NCBI RefSeq assembly: GCF_006345805.1
Contig: NC_043009.1
Location: 38,316,001-38,380,000 of the forward strand
DNA: 64,000 nt
Direction: 5' to 3'
DNA from: Octopus sinensis
Lineage: Eukaryota
The notes under the pieces were generated by a model, which saw only the letters and a program-made list of their open reading frames with translations, searched no databases and was not told the DNA's origin. Below, piece by piece: positions 1-13,638 of the stretch; the stretch's first letter is position 1; each line of letters starts with the position of its first letter. The position numbers were made by a program, and so were the translations under genes.

Positions 1-671
1 AACGTACGTAGGAACAAATGATATAAACTTCCTCTTGTGTTTATCTTTCTTTTCCTTTCTCCCATCTCTCTCTGCCTTCCTCTTTCCGTGTATATAATAC
101 AAATGTATAAAATGCATTAAGAAATAATAGTGAAACACCATTTTGTGAGAAGGAGAGAGAAAGCGAGAGAAAGGGTGAGAGAAAGAAAGAAGGACAAAAT
201 AATGAAAGAAATCTCAGTTGAAGTCAAGAGGATTAGTGGTTTAAGATAAAGAAAGCCGAAAATGTTTGTGCTTTAAGCTATAGCACTATCTATTTGGTAA
301 TGAGGCTTCATTGAAATTTAAGCACCAAGTTCTGTCCTTCCAAAACTGTTTAAAATGTGATTATGTTATTTTTTCTTACATATTTTGGTGTTTTTCGTCT
401 CTGCTTTAATTTATTTTCTATTGTCGAACTCAAACTGTTTCCTCTCATTTTATTCTCTGGTACATTTCATCGTTTATCTTTTATTTGGTTCAGTTATTGG
501 GTTGCAGTCACGCTAGGGTATCATCTTGAACGGTTTTAGTCGAACAAATATCCACACCAGTACTTATTGTTTTAAAGCCTGGTACATATTTTATCGGTAC
601 CGAAACGCCAAGTTACAGGGACGTAAACACACCAACACCAGTTGTGAAAAGGATTATATATATATCATTAT

Positions 672-1087
672 ACTCTCTTTTACTCTCTCTTTTACTCTTT
701 TACTTGTTTCAGTCATTTGACTGCGGCCATGCTGGAGCACCGCCTTTAATCGAGCAACTCAACCCCGAGACTTATTCTTTGTAAGCCCTGTACTTATTCT
801 ATCAGTCTCTTTTGCCGAACCGCTATGTGACGGGGATATAAACACACCAGCATTGGTTGTCAAGCAATGCTAGGGGGACAAACACAGACACACAAACATA
901 TATATAAATATATATACATAAATACGACGGGCTTCTTTCAGTTTCCGTCTACCAAATCCACTCACAAGGCTTTGGTCGGCCCGAGGCTATAGTAGAAGAC
1001 ACTTGCCCAAGGTGCCACGCAGTGGGACTGAACCCGGAACCATGTGGTTGGTAAACAAGCTACTTACCACACAGCCATTCCTGCGCC

Positions 1088-1089
<2 letters not shown>
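672..1089 (-). mobile_element. tRNA-derived, CORE-like SINE (abundant family with internal microsatellite and GTAAAAGA-type tail)
   Basis: Minus strand reads a head with A/B-box-like motifs (TGTGTGGTAAGTAGCTTG...GGTTCAGTCCC), then CTTGGGCAAGTGTCTTC, an internal (TA)/(TG) tract, and a body ending TGACTGAAACAAGTAAAAGAGTAAAAGA. Many similar copies occur in the window. Confidence 0.85.
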
Positions 1090-1139
<50 letters not shown>

Positions 1140-2591
1140 ATATATATCTATATATATATTTATAATTGTGTTGTCCTCTACTATCACTTGAAAGTCGGTG
1201 CTGGTTTGTTTGTGTCTACGTAACATAGCGAATTGGCAAAAAAACCCAATAAATTAAGTAACAACCATTAGAAAATAAGTAGTGAGATCGATTCGTTTCA
1301 CCCATACAAGAGGTGCCCAACCCTGGCTGCAGTCTAATGACCGAAACAATTAAAAGCTAATAAAAAAAGAGGCAAGAGATGTGTTATTCCTCCAGCCTCC
1401 TGATAAAATACATTTTCATTCAAGCCTTTCGTTGTCCCAGGGAATGATGTAACATAGATTCCCAACGCCTGTGATTGAAGTCATATTTGGCGCCTACATC
1501 TTAACAATCATAAGAGATCAGAAGAAATTGCATCCCTTCATCGCTGCGCTCTTCGTCCTATCCTGTTACACTTGCACTCTGCCCTCGTTTTCTGTTTCTT
1601 TGGTGAAATATGTTAATCTTAGCAAAATTGATTACAGTAGTAAACATAACAACAGTACTTTTGACAATTGTTTTTCACAATAATACATTACTTATCTCAA
1701 TGTTACAAACTGAATCAATCAATGTCTCCCGCTATAATTAGTTCACGTTGTTGTTGTTACTTTTGATATTGTTGACGTTTTGGTTGTATTTGAGGCTGTC
1801 GATGTTTCTATCATTGTTTTTGCCGTTGTATTTGCTACTTTTGTCGTTGATGTTGTTGTACTAGATGTTGGTATTGTTTATCCCGAAGTCACATCGGACT
1901 GAGTAGAATTACGACCAAGAATGTTTCAGGAACGTCCAACCAATCGTTTTTATTTTTATACATTGAAGATGTTATGCAATATGGGCTTCCTTCTAATTTT
2001 AAAACAGTGAGGTATAATTCAAGGGAAATCAGCTGCTAAATCTAGTACTTCGAGAGAAACACTGCAGCGTATGACAGTAAGTATAATCAAAATGCTAGAG
2101 TGGCAATGAGTACGAAAAACTTTATGAGAAGTAGGAGCCGATACCTTGTGCTGACCCCATAGCAATACTCCTGTGTCCGTCCAATATTCTGTAACTCGAC
2201 AAACAAGTTACCATAATCAATAAGATAACAGCCTACATTCAGTATAATTGCGAGGTCATTCGCGGACAGTCTACCGTCTGGCCTTTATCAGAATAAAAAA
2301 AAAATTTCTCAGCTTATATTACCATTTGTATGTGTGTTTACATAATGCAAAGACCATTAGCCATTCATATTATGCAGAATAACCAAACAAAAGTGACAAA
2401 TACCACAAGACGTTTGATTAAACCGGTTCTAGGTTATCAGGTTAAGCATACTTACATAAGGTCAGAGAAAGTAAGGTCGGATGGAACGCTATATACGGTA
2501 GATTATTTTTATGTCCGCATAGTTTTAATATTTTTATTATTATTTCTATGAGCAGAATTCTATATATTATTAACACAGCACAACAGAATAA

Positions 2592-2656
<65 letters not shown>

Positions 2657-3432
2657 CATATATAATTTCACACATACACACAAACATATATCAATAATTT
2701 CATATGTTTCATATATATATATATAACGATCTCAGTCTGATCTTGATATATAACTTTTAGATAAAGAATAATTAAGACAAAATCAATAATAAACAGCCAA
2801 TTTTGTATGATGCTTCCAGAATAATTGTGGTACGAAATAATGAATAGAATTGTTATTTGGTGTACGAGTTTCTATTAAAACTTGGAGGGGAATATATATA
2901 TATATATGCATGTATGTATGTTTGTATTTATGTGTATAGTTATGCATATGTATGTATATATGTATATATACATAATACATACATACACACATATAAACAT
3001 ACATACACGCACACATACACACACATATATTTCGTGGAATAGTAAAATGAGACTTTTATTAAAACACAAGGTGATTTGGGGTCGCCTCTTAAGACGTTGT
3101 TCTGCATAAAAATCTGAGGAAATTAAGAATACAAGTGAACAAGAGTGAAAAGTATTAAACGAGTATAAGAAATTGCTCGAGGTATTTCAATAAACTAACG
3201 AAAAGAATAAATATTTTTCAATGTTCTTGCAAGAAAATCCTTTATATAACAAATTGGAAAAATATACTTTCAAAGCACCGAAGCAGAGTATTTCTAGTCT
3301 TATACATGGAAGTAAACGAGATACCCTTTCTCGAAGAACATATTGTCTGAATGATACATTTTGGAAAGCAGCTGATGATTTTGACAACCAATCCATCATG
3401 TACGGCAGGCCTTTTGATGTTTTCGGATAATA

Positions 3433-3992
3433 TTGGGTTGTCCGGAAAGTTCGTGCCGATTTTTAAAGGAAAAAAAAAGCTCAATAAATACTTGCCATTA
3501 CATTTTTAATCAACCAAATATGAGCCATTTTGTTGCACAATGCGTCTCCATCTTTCTTTTAACTTGAAAATACCAGCTCCCCAGAATTGAGGTGGTTTCA
3601 TGGCAAAGAATTCATCAAGGTATCTTTTTACATCATCCAAGGAATTGAAATGTTTACCATTAAGATTATTCTGCAGAGACCTGAATAAGTGGAAATCCGA
3701 AGGAGCAATATCTGGGGAATATGGAGGGTGGGGTAACACATCCCAGCCGAGCTGCAGCAATTTTTGTCTGGTTCCCAAAGTATCAAGTGCCAAAAATGAT
3801 CCTTCTTATCTTCCATTTTAAAGGTTACAGAATTAACACAGGTTATAGGAACATAAACCTTCTTTCACGAAAAGATAGCTTAAACTGTGCTCTAAATGGA
3901 GGTGTAGTCAAATCCTATTTTATGGACTCAACCATAAAATAAGTGGAAAGGTAAGCTGCTATAAATCGGCACGAACTTTCCGGACAGCCCAA
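3433..3992 (-). mobile_element. Internally deleted mariner (Tc1/mariner) element with intact TIRs
   Basis: 30-bp TIRs at 3433-3462 (TTGGGTTGTCCGGAAAGTTCGTGCCGATTT) and 3963-3992, one mismatch. TA on both sides (3431-3432, 3993-3994). Contains the transposase C-terminus. Confidence 0.95.
3506..3816 (-). pseudogene. Mariner transposase remnant: start region fused to C-terminal ~90 aa
   Basis: ORF 3506-3793 has HPPYSPDIAPSDFHLFRSL (mariner YSPDLAPSD motif) and a typical C-terminus. ATG at 3816 gives MEDKKDHFWHLIL, resembling a mariner N-terminus, in another frame. Confidence 0.9.
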
Positions 3993-4019
3993 TATTAAGA
4001 CATTGCTGACCTCTTCAGT

Positions 4020-4253
4020 TTTTATCGTTTGTCTTGTACTCGTTTCAGTCATGGGGCTGCGGCCATGCCGAAGCACTGCCTTGAAGAGGTTAAACAAATC
4101 ACCCCGAGTATTTATATTTTTTTAAAGTCTAATCTTTTTTTTTTTAAGTCAAGTACATTTTTTTTAATGTCTAGTACTTATTACATCAGTCTCTTTTTCC
4201 GAACTGCTATGTTACGGGGACGTAAACAAACCAACACCGGTTGTAAACAAACA

Positions 4254-4301
<48 letters not shown>

Positions 4302-4440
4302 CACACATACAAACGCACGCATGCACACTCACACACGCACACAGACAACTCGCTTCTTTCAGTTTCCTCCAACCAAATCCAGCCGCAAGGTTTTGGTCGG
4401 TGCTGAGCTATAGTAAAAGACATTTGCCTAAGGCACCACG
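4020..4440 (-). mobile_element. CORE-like tRNA SINE copy with internal (CA)n
   Basis: Same body as 672-1089 (TTTCAGTCATGGGGCTGCGGCCATGC...TTCTTTCAGTTTCC), with a (CA)n tract at 4255-4340. Confidence 0.8.
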
Positions 4441-4589
4441 CAAACAGTGAAGTCGCTCGATGTAATACTGGTTTCCACCCCTTTCCTATTCTGTCGAAAC
4501 TTTTGACCTTAGCGATATTGAAAGAAAGAACATGAGCTTTAAGGATTTAAAACACTTCTTGTCCGTATTCGTTCTTTCATTATTTTACT

Positions 4590-4750
4590 TTCAGTTTAGC
4601 GGTATTTCGTCTGCCGCTACGTTCTGAGTTCAAATTCCGCCGAGGTCGACTGTGCCTTTCGTCGTTTCGGGGGTCGATAAATTAAGTATCATTGGAGTAC
4701 TGGGGTCGATGTAATCGACTATCCTCTCCCCGCAATTTCAGGCCTTAAGG
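4590..4750 (+). mobile_element. 5'-truncated tRNA SINE, tail type A
   Basis: TTAGCGGTATTTCGTCTGCCGCTACGTTCTGAGTTCAAATTCC (B-box-like), ending ...GATGTAATCGACTATCCTCTCCCCGCAATTTCAGGCCTT. Confidence 0.8.
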
Positions 4751-5555
4751 ATTATTTTACTTTCAGTCACTGGGCATGCTGGGGAACCATCCTAAGGGGG
4801 TTTGGTTAATCAAGTTGAAAGTAGTGCTTATTAGTGACTTTACTACCTGCTTTTGCGAAACCGATAAGTTATGGAAACGTAAATAAGCCAACACCTGTTG
4901 TCATGCAGCGTGAGCCAAATACAAACACGCATAGACACAAAGACAGACAGACACATACATATAAACACAGATGTACACACACACACACACACACACACAA
5001 CCACGCCGCATATACAAAAAGGTAATATTGGCACGTACATTCATGCACTTAGATACAATGGGTTTCAAAACAGTCTCCGCCTACAAAATACACTCACAAG
5101 GCGTTGGTCGGCCCAGGGTTATAGTCGAAGGTAACAGCTTAGGGTACGAGGTAAACAACCTAAACTACACAACCATCTTCACGCCTATCAAAAGTTGAAA
5201 AATTAATTTATTGAAGATTTTGGGATTAAAAAGTAATATTTGGAGAAATAAATAATTGTTCCACGACTTGGCCTTAACCACCAAGCCACACATCTTCACA
5301 TTTATTCATAGAAAATGTTTTAATGGGCGGAATTTGGGACCTAATATATCTTTTGAAGAAACATTTTACTGAATAAAATTAAGAAATGAAAACTAATAAA
5401 GCATTGAAATTGTTAATTCACGTTATAAAATTAATTTCAATTATTAAAAAAAAAAAATCAGTCGCTTTCTGAAGTTATCATGTATCATTCGTGGTTTCAT
5501 GTTTAGGTGCGAATTAGATAAATCAACCTTTGTGTTCGTTCTTTCACTTGTTTTA

Positions 5556-6100
5556 GTCATTTCTTATTCCAGTTCAAGCTAGGCCGAAAAGCTGCTGAAA
5601 CAGCTCGCGATATCAACGATGCGTTTGGTCCAAGAACCGCTAATGAATGTACAGTACAGCGCAATGGCGGTTCAAGAAATTTCGTAGCGGTGACCAGAGT
5701 CTTGAAGATGATAAGCGTAATGATCGGCCATCGGATGTTGACAACTAACCTTAGTGGAAGCCAATCCACGCACAACTGTTCGAGAGCTTGCTTCTGAATT
5801 AGGCGTAACACGTATACGACAATTTCTAACCACTTGAAAGAAATTGGATAAACAAAAATACTTGAAATATGGGTGCCGCACGAATTGAATGACAACACCC
5901 CGCCCCCCCAAAAAAGAAAATGCCATTTTGAAGTGTCGTCTTCCCTTCTTTTACGCAACAAGAACGACCTGTTTGTCGACCGGATTGTGACTTACGATGA
6001 AAAGTAAGTGCATTCTTAAAGATAACCGGCGACGTTCAGCTTAGTTGCTGGACACCGACGAAATTCCACGGCACTTCTAGAAGCCAGACTTGCACCAAAG
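5556..6100 (+). pseudogene. Decayed mariner transposase, N-terminal half
   Basis: Plus-strand frames give FLFQFKLGRKAAETARDINDAFG, then WVPHEL (5870-5887) and IVTYDEK (~5983-6003, first catalytic D region). Frameshifts present; no TIRs seen. Confidence 0.85.
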
Positions 6101-7234
6101 TTGCACACACACACACACATACACACACACATCAGGCTTGCTTCCATCTACTGAATTCTTTCAGACGGCATTGGCCAACCTGGGTCCTATGGCAAAAAAT
6201 GCTTGTCCACGGTACCGGTGCCTTGCTATATTTATTCCTCCTTCTTTGCGTTCTGAGTTCATATTTAGCCGTGGCCTGCATTGGGTGGCAGACATCATCA
6301 TCCGGCACCAGGTTTAGCACCTCCATTTGGCAACTGGGGTGCCACTGTGTTGCAAGCATTCAGGCCAGGTCTTTGGTGGGCGGATACCTTACCTCTCCAC
6401 CCCAGCCCACCCATTAACCTCAGAGGCCCCGTGAAAGGTCACAAGTATTACCTAATCTCCTGACTACAAAAAAGAAAAACAAAAAAAGCTTAAAAAGGAA
6501 CGAAATATTTCTAAGGCGATAATTTATTTAATCTCTGGACGATTCTGCTTGAAAATTTTTCTAAATTTTTCTAAAAAAAATCCTCCGTTTTCGTGACAGT
6601 CATTATTCATATACAAAATATTTAAATTTCTTTCTTAGATTTGAAATATGCTTCAAGCTATGATTAGATGGAATGCTCTTCTAAATATAAATCCCTTTGG
6701 AGAAAATATTAAAAAAAAACAGTAGTCGTTATATTTCTTTCCTTTAATACAACTTAGTGATGCAGCATAAATATCAATAATAAGATTTGTGTTAGTGACA
6801 AAATAGCTCCAAACAAACGTTGATATCATATCACTGAAGGAAAATTGTACTAAACATGGTCAGGGTTAAAATAAAAAGATTATTACCACAGAGTGAGATT
6901 ATTCCTATTAATCAGTCGGAGCATTTACCTTGGCTGTAGGCATAGCTGTGTGGTTAGAAAGTTCATTTGTCGATCGCGCGGTTCTGAGTTCGATTCTACA
7001 GCGCAGTACCTTGGATATGTGCTTTCTGACATAGCTTCGAAGTGACCATTACCTTGTGAACGGAATTTGATAGACGAACATTGTATGGAAAGCTGTCCGA
7101 ATAGTTCAAATTTGAGTTTTAGGTACCAAGTCAAGCTTGAGCACTCAATGTATCTGCCTATTAATTTACGTCAGCAGAGGTGATATCATTTGAAAGACAT
7201 ACATACGTGTGTGCATGTATGTATATATATATAT

Positions 7235-7625
7235 ATTCTTCTACTTGTTTCAGTCATTTGACTGAGGCCATGCTGGAGCGCCGCCTTTAGTTGTTGAAGA
7301 AATCGATCCCAGGACTTGTTCTTTGTAAGCCTGATACTTATTCTATCAGTACATTTTGCTGAACCGCTAATTTTCAAGGGCGTACATACACCAACATCGG
7401 TTGTCAAGCTATGGCGGGGGGCGGGATAAACACGGGCACCCACATAAACATATATATATATATATATATATACACGACGAGCTTCTTTCGGTTTTCGTCT
7501 ACCAAATCCACCCACAAGGCTTTGGTCAACCCGAGGCTATAGTAGAAAATACTGGCTCAAGGTGTCATGCAGCGGGACTGAACACGGAGCCATGTGGTTG
7601 GGAATTTACCTTCTTACCACACAGT
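7235..7625 (-). mobile_element. CORE-like tRNA SINE copy
   Basis: Full head-to-tail similarity to 672-1089, with internal (TA)n at ~7450-7472. Confidence 0.8.
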
Positions 7626-7667
7626 CACATATGTATATGTATACACACACACGCATACACAATCACA

Positions 7668-7713
<46 letters not shown>

Positions 7714-7920
7714 TGGGGTGATGACCACTAAGTGGACATCCAATATGCTAGAAGTAGACTCCATATGGTCTGACCACTAAGAAAAAGATTGCTCTCTTAC
7801 CTGCATGTAATATAATTTTTCTGAATCCTCAGATATTTGAATATGCTAGGCTACTGGTTTAAATTGATGTTAGTCAAGTTAATATTCAATTATTTTTACC
7901 ACCTCCACTACCACCACAAC

Positions 7921-7951
<31 letters not shown>

Positions 7952-9013
7952 GACGACAACAACGACGACAACAACAACATAGTGCTACTTGAAGTGAGAC
8001 ATATTTTCAATGTTTGTAATGCAAATTTCAAACAACTCTCAGGACTGTAAAGCCACTCACGTGCTCATATAATACAGAGAAAGCACGTCTAATAAGAAGT
8101 GACAGAGGCTTTAAATAGGACCATACTACTTGTGCGTGCGTGTGTATGTATGTGTGTGTGTGTGTATGTGTGAATATATCTGTCATACACACACATATAC
8201 ACATACACACACATACACAAACACACAAGTATTAAATCCACCTCTACAAAATTAGGTGTTTAAGTTTCCTTACAGTTCAGAATCTTAAGGTGGTAAGAGA
8301 ATTGTGCTTTGCAGAGAGAGAGGGGGGGAGAGGGATGAGACAGCGAGAGATAGAGAGAGAGAGAGAGAGAGAGAAGGAGAGAAAGAGAAGGAGAGAAAGG
8401 GAGACTGTGAATGAAAAATGTATATAAATTCTTTCAAATTCTATCACAATAATTGTTCAATGAGACTTTTGTATGAAAGACGTTATCAATTCCGAAATAA
8501 TATAAAGTAGCTTTAGAAAAATCGCTCTTTAACAGTTTTCTTTCTTTTTTGGCAAATAATAACAAATTTATTTATTTTTTGACAAATAATTAATATTTGG
8601 TCAGAGTTACTTCTGTCTTAGAAAATGGGAACCTAGTAATGGAAATAAAGAGAATTTTAATCGAATTTAATTATAATGTGTTTCTAAGGCTGCTCAAACC
8701 TACAGCTTGTGCAAACATGACAAATATTCTATTATTGTGTAGAAGATCTGGGTTCGAAACCTACTATAGTCGTTATCAATTACTGTTCAAGGTAACTAGT
8801 GTTGAGAACTTTGAGAAGGTTATGCAGATGTATTTGAAGATCAATATAATAATATAGTCGATTCATTAAGGATCGATTAATGGTGCAGAGTTGATGCATT
8901 ATTGTATTAAGCAACACTAGATTATCTGAAACTCACGTAGGCAAATTATATATTATAATTAGAATAAAATGTACACTTCTCCATTCTACTTTGTATTGTG
9001 TGTAATTATGTGT

Positions 9014-9058
<45 letters not shown>

Positions 9059-9677
9059 CGATTTCGTTTAGTTTTCGTTTTATAATTTGACGCAAGTGTT
9101 TTCGAAATACCACTGGTCGTGGCTTATTCACAAATTATACACACAGATACACACACACTACACTCACCTATTAAAATAAGCATACTTTTCGTTCTAATTA
9201 ACAACATACAACACAACTAATTTATATACGCTATATTATTTTAAATATCAAAAATATTCGGTGGCACCACTTGTTTCTAATTTTACTAATTAATTAGTTT
9301 AACAATTAATTAGCTTAACAGTTGTTAAAAACTCTATGATAAGTCGTACCGTTCTTTAAAAATCTCTTTCAGTATTCATATAATTATTTAGGATTAGCTT
9401 GTTTAAGCAATGAATGAATGACCTTATCTAAGCAATGAATGAATGAGTGGATGGATGGATCAATTTGTTTCTAAACAAACAAATAAATAAATAAAAGCCT
9501 GTACGGTTAATGGGCACAGGGATGCGTATATGGTAAAGGAGTTTGATTTACAACTATGTGGTTCCAGGTTCAGTACCAGTGTACGGCCTTAGGAGCCTCG
9601 ATAATGACCCCACCGGCTAACCAAAGCCTTGTGAGTGCATGTGTCCGGTTTTGTAAGGCGGAAACAATGCGCTTACT

Positions 9678-9753
<76 letters not shown>

Positions 9754-10469
9754 ACACACACACACACACTCACACACACAGAGACACAGACACAGACACA
9801 CACACACAGAGACACAGACACAGACACACACACACATACACAATATAGCAATGTCGTCTGTTCGTAAAGAACACTCACGTTAAAGTAGCAATAAACGCTA
9901 TATACATATAAGCAAGAGTTACGGAATGGAGTATGGGAAGTCCGGGTTGTATATGTTTCATAGCGAGTGGAGCATCAGAAGTGGTAAAATCCAAGTGAGG
10001 TGTATACCGCTGGTTACTCGTCAGGCCAAGGATATCTTGATTAGATTGAAGGCTACATTGTCATAAGGAGGTACATGTTGACGTAAAGATTTAATATATA
10101 CAACTATTGTTTGGAATTGTATCTCGAAGTACATATAAAGCTATGAATAACGGCATATAAATACTGGGTCGAAACTCCATTGCGAGAGAAAAAGTCGAAG
10201 GCAAGCCTTGACTTTTTCTATCCAAAAGGGAGTTTCAACGAAATATTCACAAGCTATTATTCATAGCTCTATATGTACTTCGAGATCCAGTTCCCCAAAC
10301 AATTATTTCATGTTCTCTCGAAAGTTTATAAATTCTTATGACGTCAACAGCACACACACACACACGCACCCCCACACATATATATTTACATAAATTTATT
10401 TATATGCGTGTAAGTATGTCTGTGTGCATATATGTGCTGTGTGTGTGTGTTTGTGTGCTCTGTGTGAGT

Positions 10470-10504
<35 letters not shown>

Positions 10505-10873
10505 TTTTATCTGTCGCTCACCGCTTGATACAAGCAGTTTGTGTTTGTTTTGTTTGTCCCAGTAACCTAGCAGTTAGAGTAAAAGGAGATTGATAAAATA
10601 CCGAAACCGACTTGATCGAGCAAACTCTTTTTGGCAGCGGTGTCCCAGTATGGCCGCATTCCTCTGACGGAAACAACTGAATAAAATAAAAAAATAAAAA
10701 AAGCATCATTCTCAGAACTCGCTTTTTACGAGTTTATAAAGTTTAGTCTAATAATCGTTTCGCTTAGCACCAACCAGCTGGACCGATTATTTCCTTAGAA
10801 AATACTAAAAACTATTTCCATGTTTGTTTTAAGTTTATCAACATTCTTGTCATATTCCCCGTCACATATGCAG

Positions 10874-10937
10874 ATGTCAGAACTGCCATTTCAACAGACA
10901 TCTATCAGAATCAAAATAATAGTAGTCTCTCTACTGC
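10874..10937 (+). CDS. Candidate internal exon of unknown gene ((D)VRTAISTDIYQNQNNSSLST)
   Basis: Acceptor ...TTCCCCGTCACATATGCAG and donor GTAAGT flank 64 nt of non-repetitive sequence. Two frames are open. No homology recognised. Confidence 0.25.
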
Positions 10938-11499
10938 GTAAGTCTTATATACTATAACTTCACCTAAAACTTGGGGTTGGAAAATACCATCGTTAATCTT
11001 CGCATCCAAACGCATTCCTTTTATGTGTCTTTCATTCTTCAGCGAAAGTTCATTGAGTAAAAACGAATTAGTATTCTCCCCTTTATAGCAAATTAACCAA
11101 CCTAGTGAATCTAACTAAATGATAGAGTGAACTCGACCCATTCGTACTTTTCACCTCACGTCAGCCTTGTTACAGCCAACCCCATAACCAGCCTCGCACT
11201 TATCATTATTCCTAGTCCTTTCTTTCCTTAACATCGCCCTTTTGGAATATTCTTCTTGCTCATGTGTCTCCCGCAGGTGTTAGCCCATAACAGTTTAAAA
11301 GCGAACATTAATACCTTTGATCACAACACGCCTCAAACCGCCCTCGGTTCTGGATTAAAAAATATCAGTTTTACAAAAATTCACTTTCCCCTTTCTCCTT
11401 TTCACCCCCTCTCTCTCCCCACTCTCTCCCTCTCCACCTTCTCACTCTCCACACACAGATATTAGTTTCAAATTTTGGCACAAGATCAACAACTTCTGG

Positions 11500-11930
11500 A
11501 GAGGGAACAAGTCGATTACATCGATCCCAGTGGTCAATTTATTTTTATTTTATCGATCCCGAGAGGACGAAAAGCAAAGTCAACTATGGCGGACTTTGAA
11601 CTCAGAATTTAAAGACGGACGAAATACCTATTTCTTTATTACCCACAAGGGGCTAAACACAGAGAGGACAAACAAGGACAGACAAACGGATTAAGTCGAT
11701 TATATCGACCCCAGTGCATGACTGGTACTTATTTAATCGACCCCGAAAGGATGAAAGGCAAAGTCGACCTCGGCGGAATTTGAACTCAGAACGTAGCGGC
11801 AGACGAAATACATATTTGTTAACTACCCACAAGGGGCTAAACACAGAGGAGACAAACAAGGACAGACAAACGGATTAAGTCGATTACGTCTACCCCAGTG
11901 TGTAACTGGTACTTAATTTATAGACACAGG
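11500..11930 (-). mobile_element. Tandem tRNA-SINE array (two tail-B units followed by an older tail-A unit)
   Basis: On the minus strand, tail B (...TTTAGCCCCTTGTGGGTAATAAAGAAATA) joins directly to GGTATTTCGTC at 11628 and to TGTATTTCGTC at ~11812. Confidence 0.85.
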
Positions 11931-12389
11931 TACATAACACGCACACACACACACACACACGCACGCACACATACAAACACACATACATATGTATTTATTC
12001 GACGGGCTTCTTTCAGTTTCCGTTTACCAAATCCACTCACAACGCTTTAGTCATATCGTGGTTACAGTCGAAGACATTTGCCCCAGGTACCACGCAGTAG
12101 GACTGAACTTGGAAGCATGTGGTTGGGAAACAAGATCTTAACAGGCAGTGGTTCCGACAGCTCGCCGCCTTAAATAAAGTCATAACGAACAGAATGTGAA
12201 CATGAGACTGAAAAGCCCTTTGGACAAAAAACGTTGAAGGCAGGCTACCTTCAAGTTTCTCTAGCCAAAAGTCATTTTTTAAACCATCTACTTACATGCT
12301 ATTATTCATAGCTTTATTCGCTTCGATATTCACCGCTCGTAGACAGAATTCCCGTTCTCTCGAAATTTATACATTCTTATGACGTCTAC

Positions 12390-12715
12390 TAATGGTCCAG
12401 TGGTTAGGGCAGCGGACTCGCGGCCGGAGGATCGCGGTTTCGATTCCCAAACCGGGCGTTGTGTGTGTTTATTGAGCGAAAACACCGAAAAGCTCCACGA
12501 CGCTCCGGCAGGGGGTGGGAGGTGGCAACCTCTGTTGTACTCTTTCACCCCAATTTTCTCTCATTCTCTCTTCCTGTTTCTTGAGTAACGCTGCGATGGA
12601 CTAGCGTCCCGTTCACCTGGGGGGGGGGGGGGCACACACATAGGCCACAGAAACCGGGAAACCGGGCCTATGAGCCTGGATAGGCTTGAAAAGGGCGTAT
12701 AAATAAATAAAAATA
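12390..12715 (+). mobile_element. tRNA-derived SINE, second family
   Basis: Head TGGTCCAGTGGTTAGGGC...GGTTTCGATTCCC (A/B boxes). Tail GAAACCGGGAAACCGGGCCTATGAGCC...AAATAAATAAA. The same head recurs at 33410. Confidence 0.8.
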
Positions 12716-12773
12716 AATATGACGTGTTTGGAATTGGGTTGCAAGATTCTTTATATGAGTTCGTGTGTTGAAG

Positions 12774-12929
12774 CATATTCTGTTGTGTCTGGGGAGAGTC
12801 ATTTTCTTTTTGTGCCGGTAAAATTTCCACTTATTTCTTATTTTTATTTTCCTAAAATTTTCGTTGGGTCTTGCAACCTTTTCAATAGTCAAGAAAATGA
12901 CTCTCCTCGGACACAACATAATAAATATG
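12774..12929. repeat. 28-bp inverted repeat plus an interleaved 10-bp inverted repeat
   Basis: 12781-12808 and 12891-12918 are complementary with two G-T pairs. GGTTGCAAGA (12737-12746) is complementary to TCTTGCAACC (12869-12878). Confidence 0.85.
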
Positions 12930-13185
12930 ATGTCTACACTGTAAAAAATATTTTGATTTATTCTGTCGTGGTGACGCGTTTGACTTTCCGTAGAAGGAAT
13001 AATTTAGGCGTTGGGCGTAGTTATACATAAAAAAAAACACAGAAAGTGTATATCCCGTGTATTTATGTTTTTAGAAATGACTTTTGCAACTATTAAAACA
13101 AGAAACTAAATATTTTAGTAGACAGGACTTGACAACCACTGTTGTCTTATGAAAGGTTTATAAACATGAATGAAATGTTTGAAAC

Positions 13186-13225
<40 letters not shown>

Positions 13226-13343
13226 ACAACAAACACACACACACGCACATATGTATACATATATACACATGTATACATACATGCATATATATATATATAC
13301 ACGCACATATTTATAAAAACATACAGATGCACATGTGTATATA

Positions 13344-13384
<41 letters not shown>

Positions 13385-13398
13385 TATATATATATATA

Positions 13399-13449
<51 letters not shown>

Positions 13450-13590
13450 ACATATATACATATATATATGTGCACGCATAAATATATATGTATATAGTTG
13501 TATGTATAATATATGTGCATATATAACATATATATATATATGTATACATATATATAGAATATATATATATATATATGTATAGACACACCA

Positions 13591-13638
<48 letters not shown>

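Noticed and set aside
12390-12460. Possible tRNA gene
   Set aside because: A/B boxes continue into a SINE body; no complete cloverleaf or acceptor stem.
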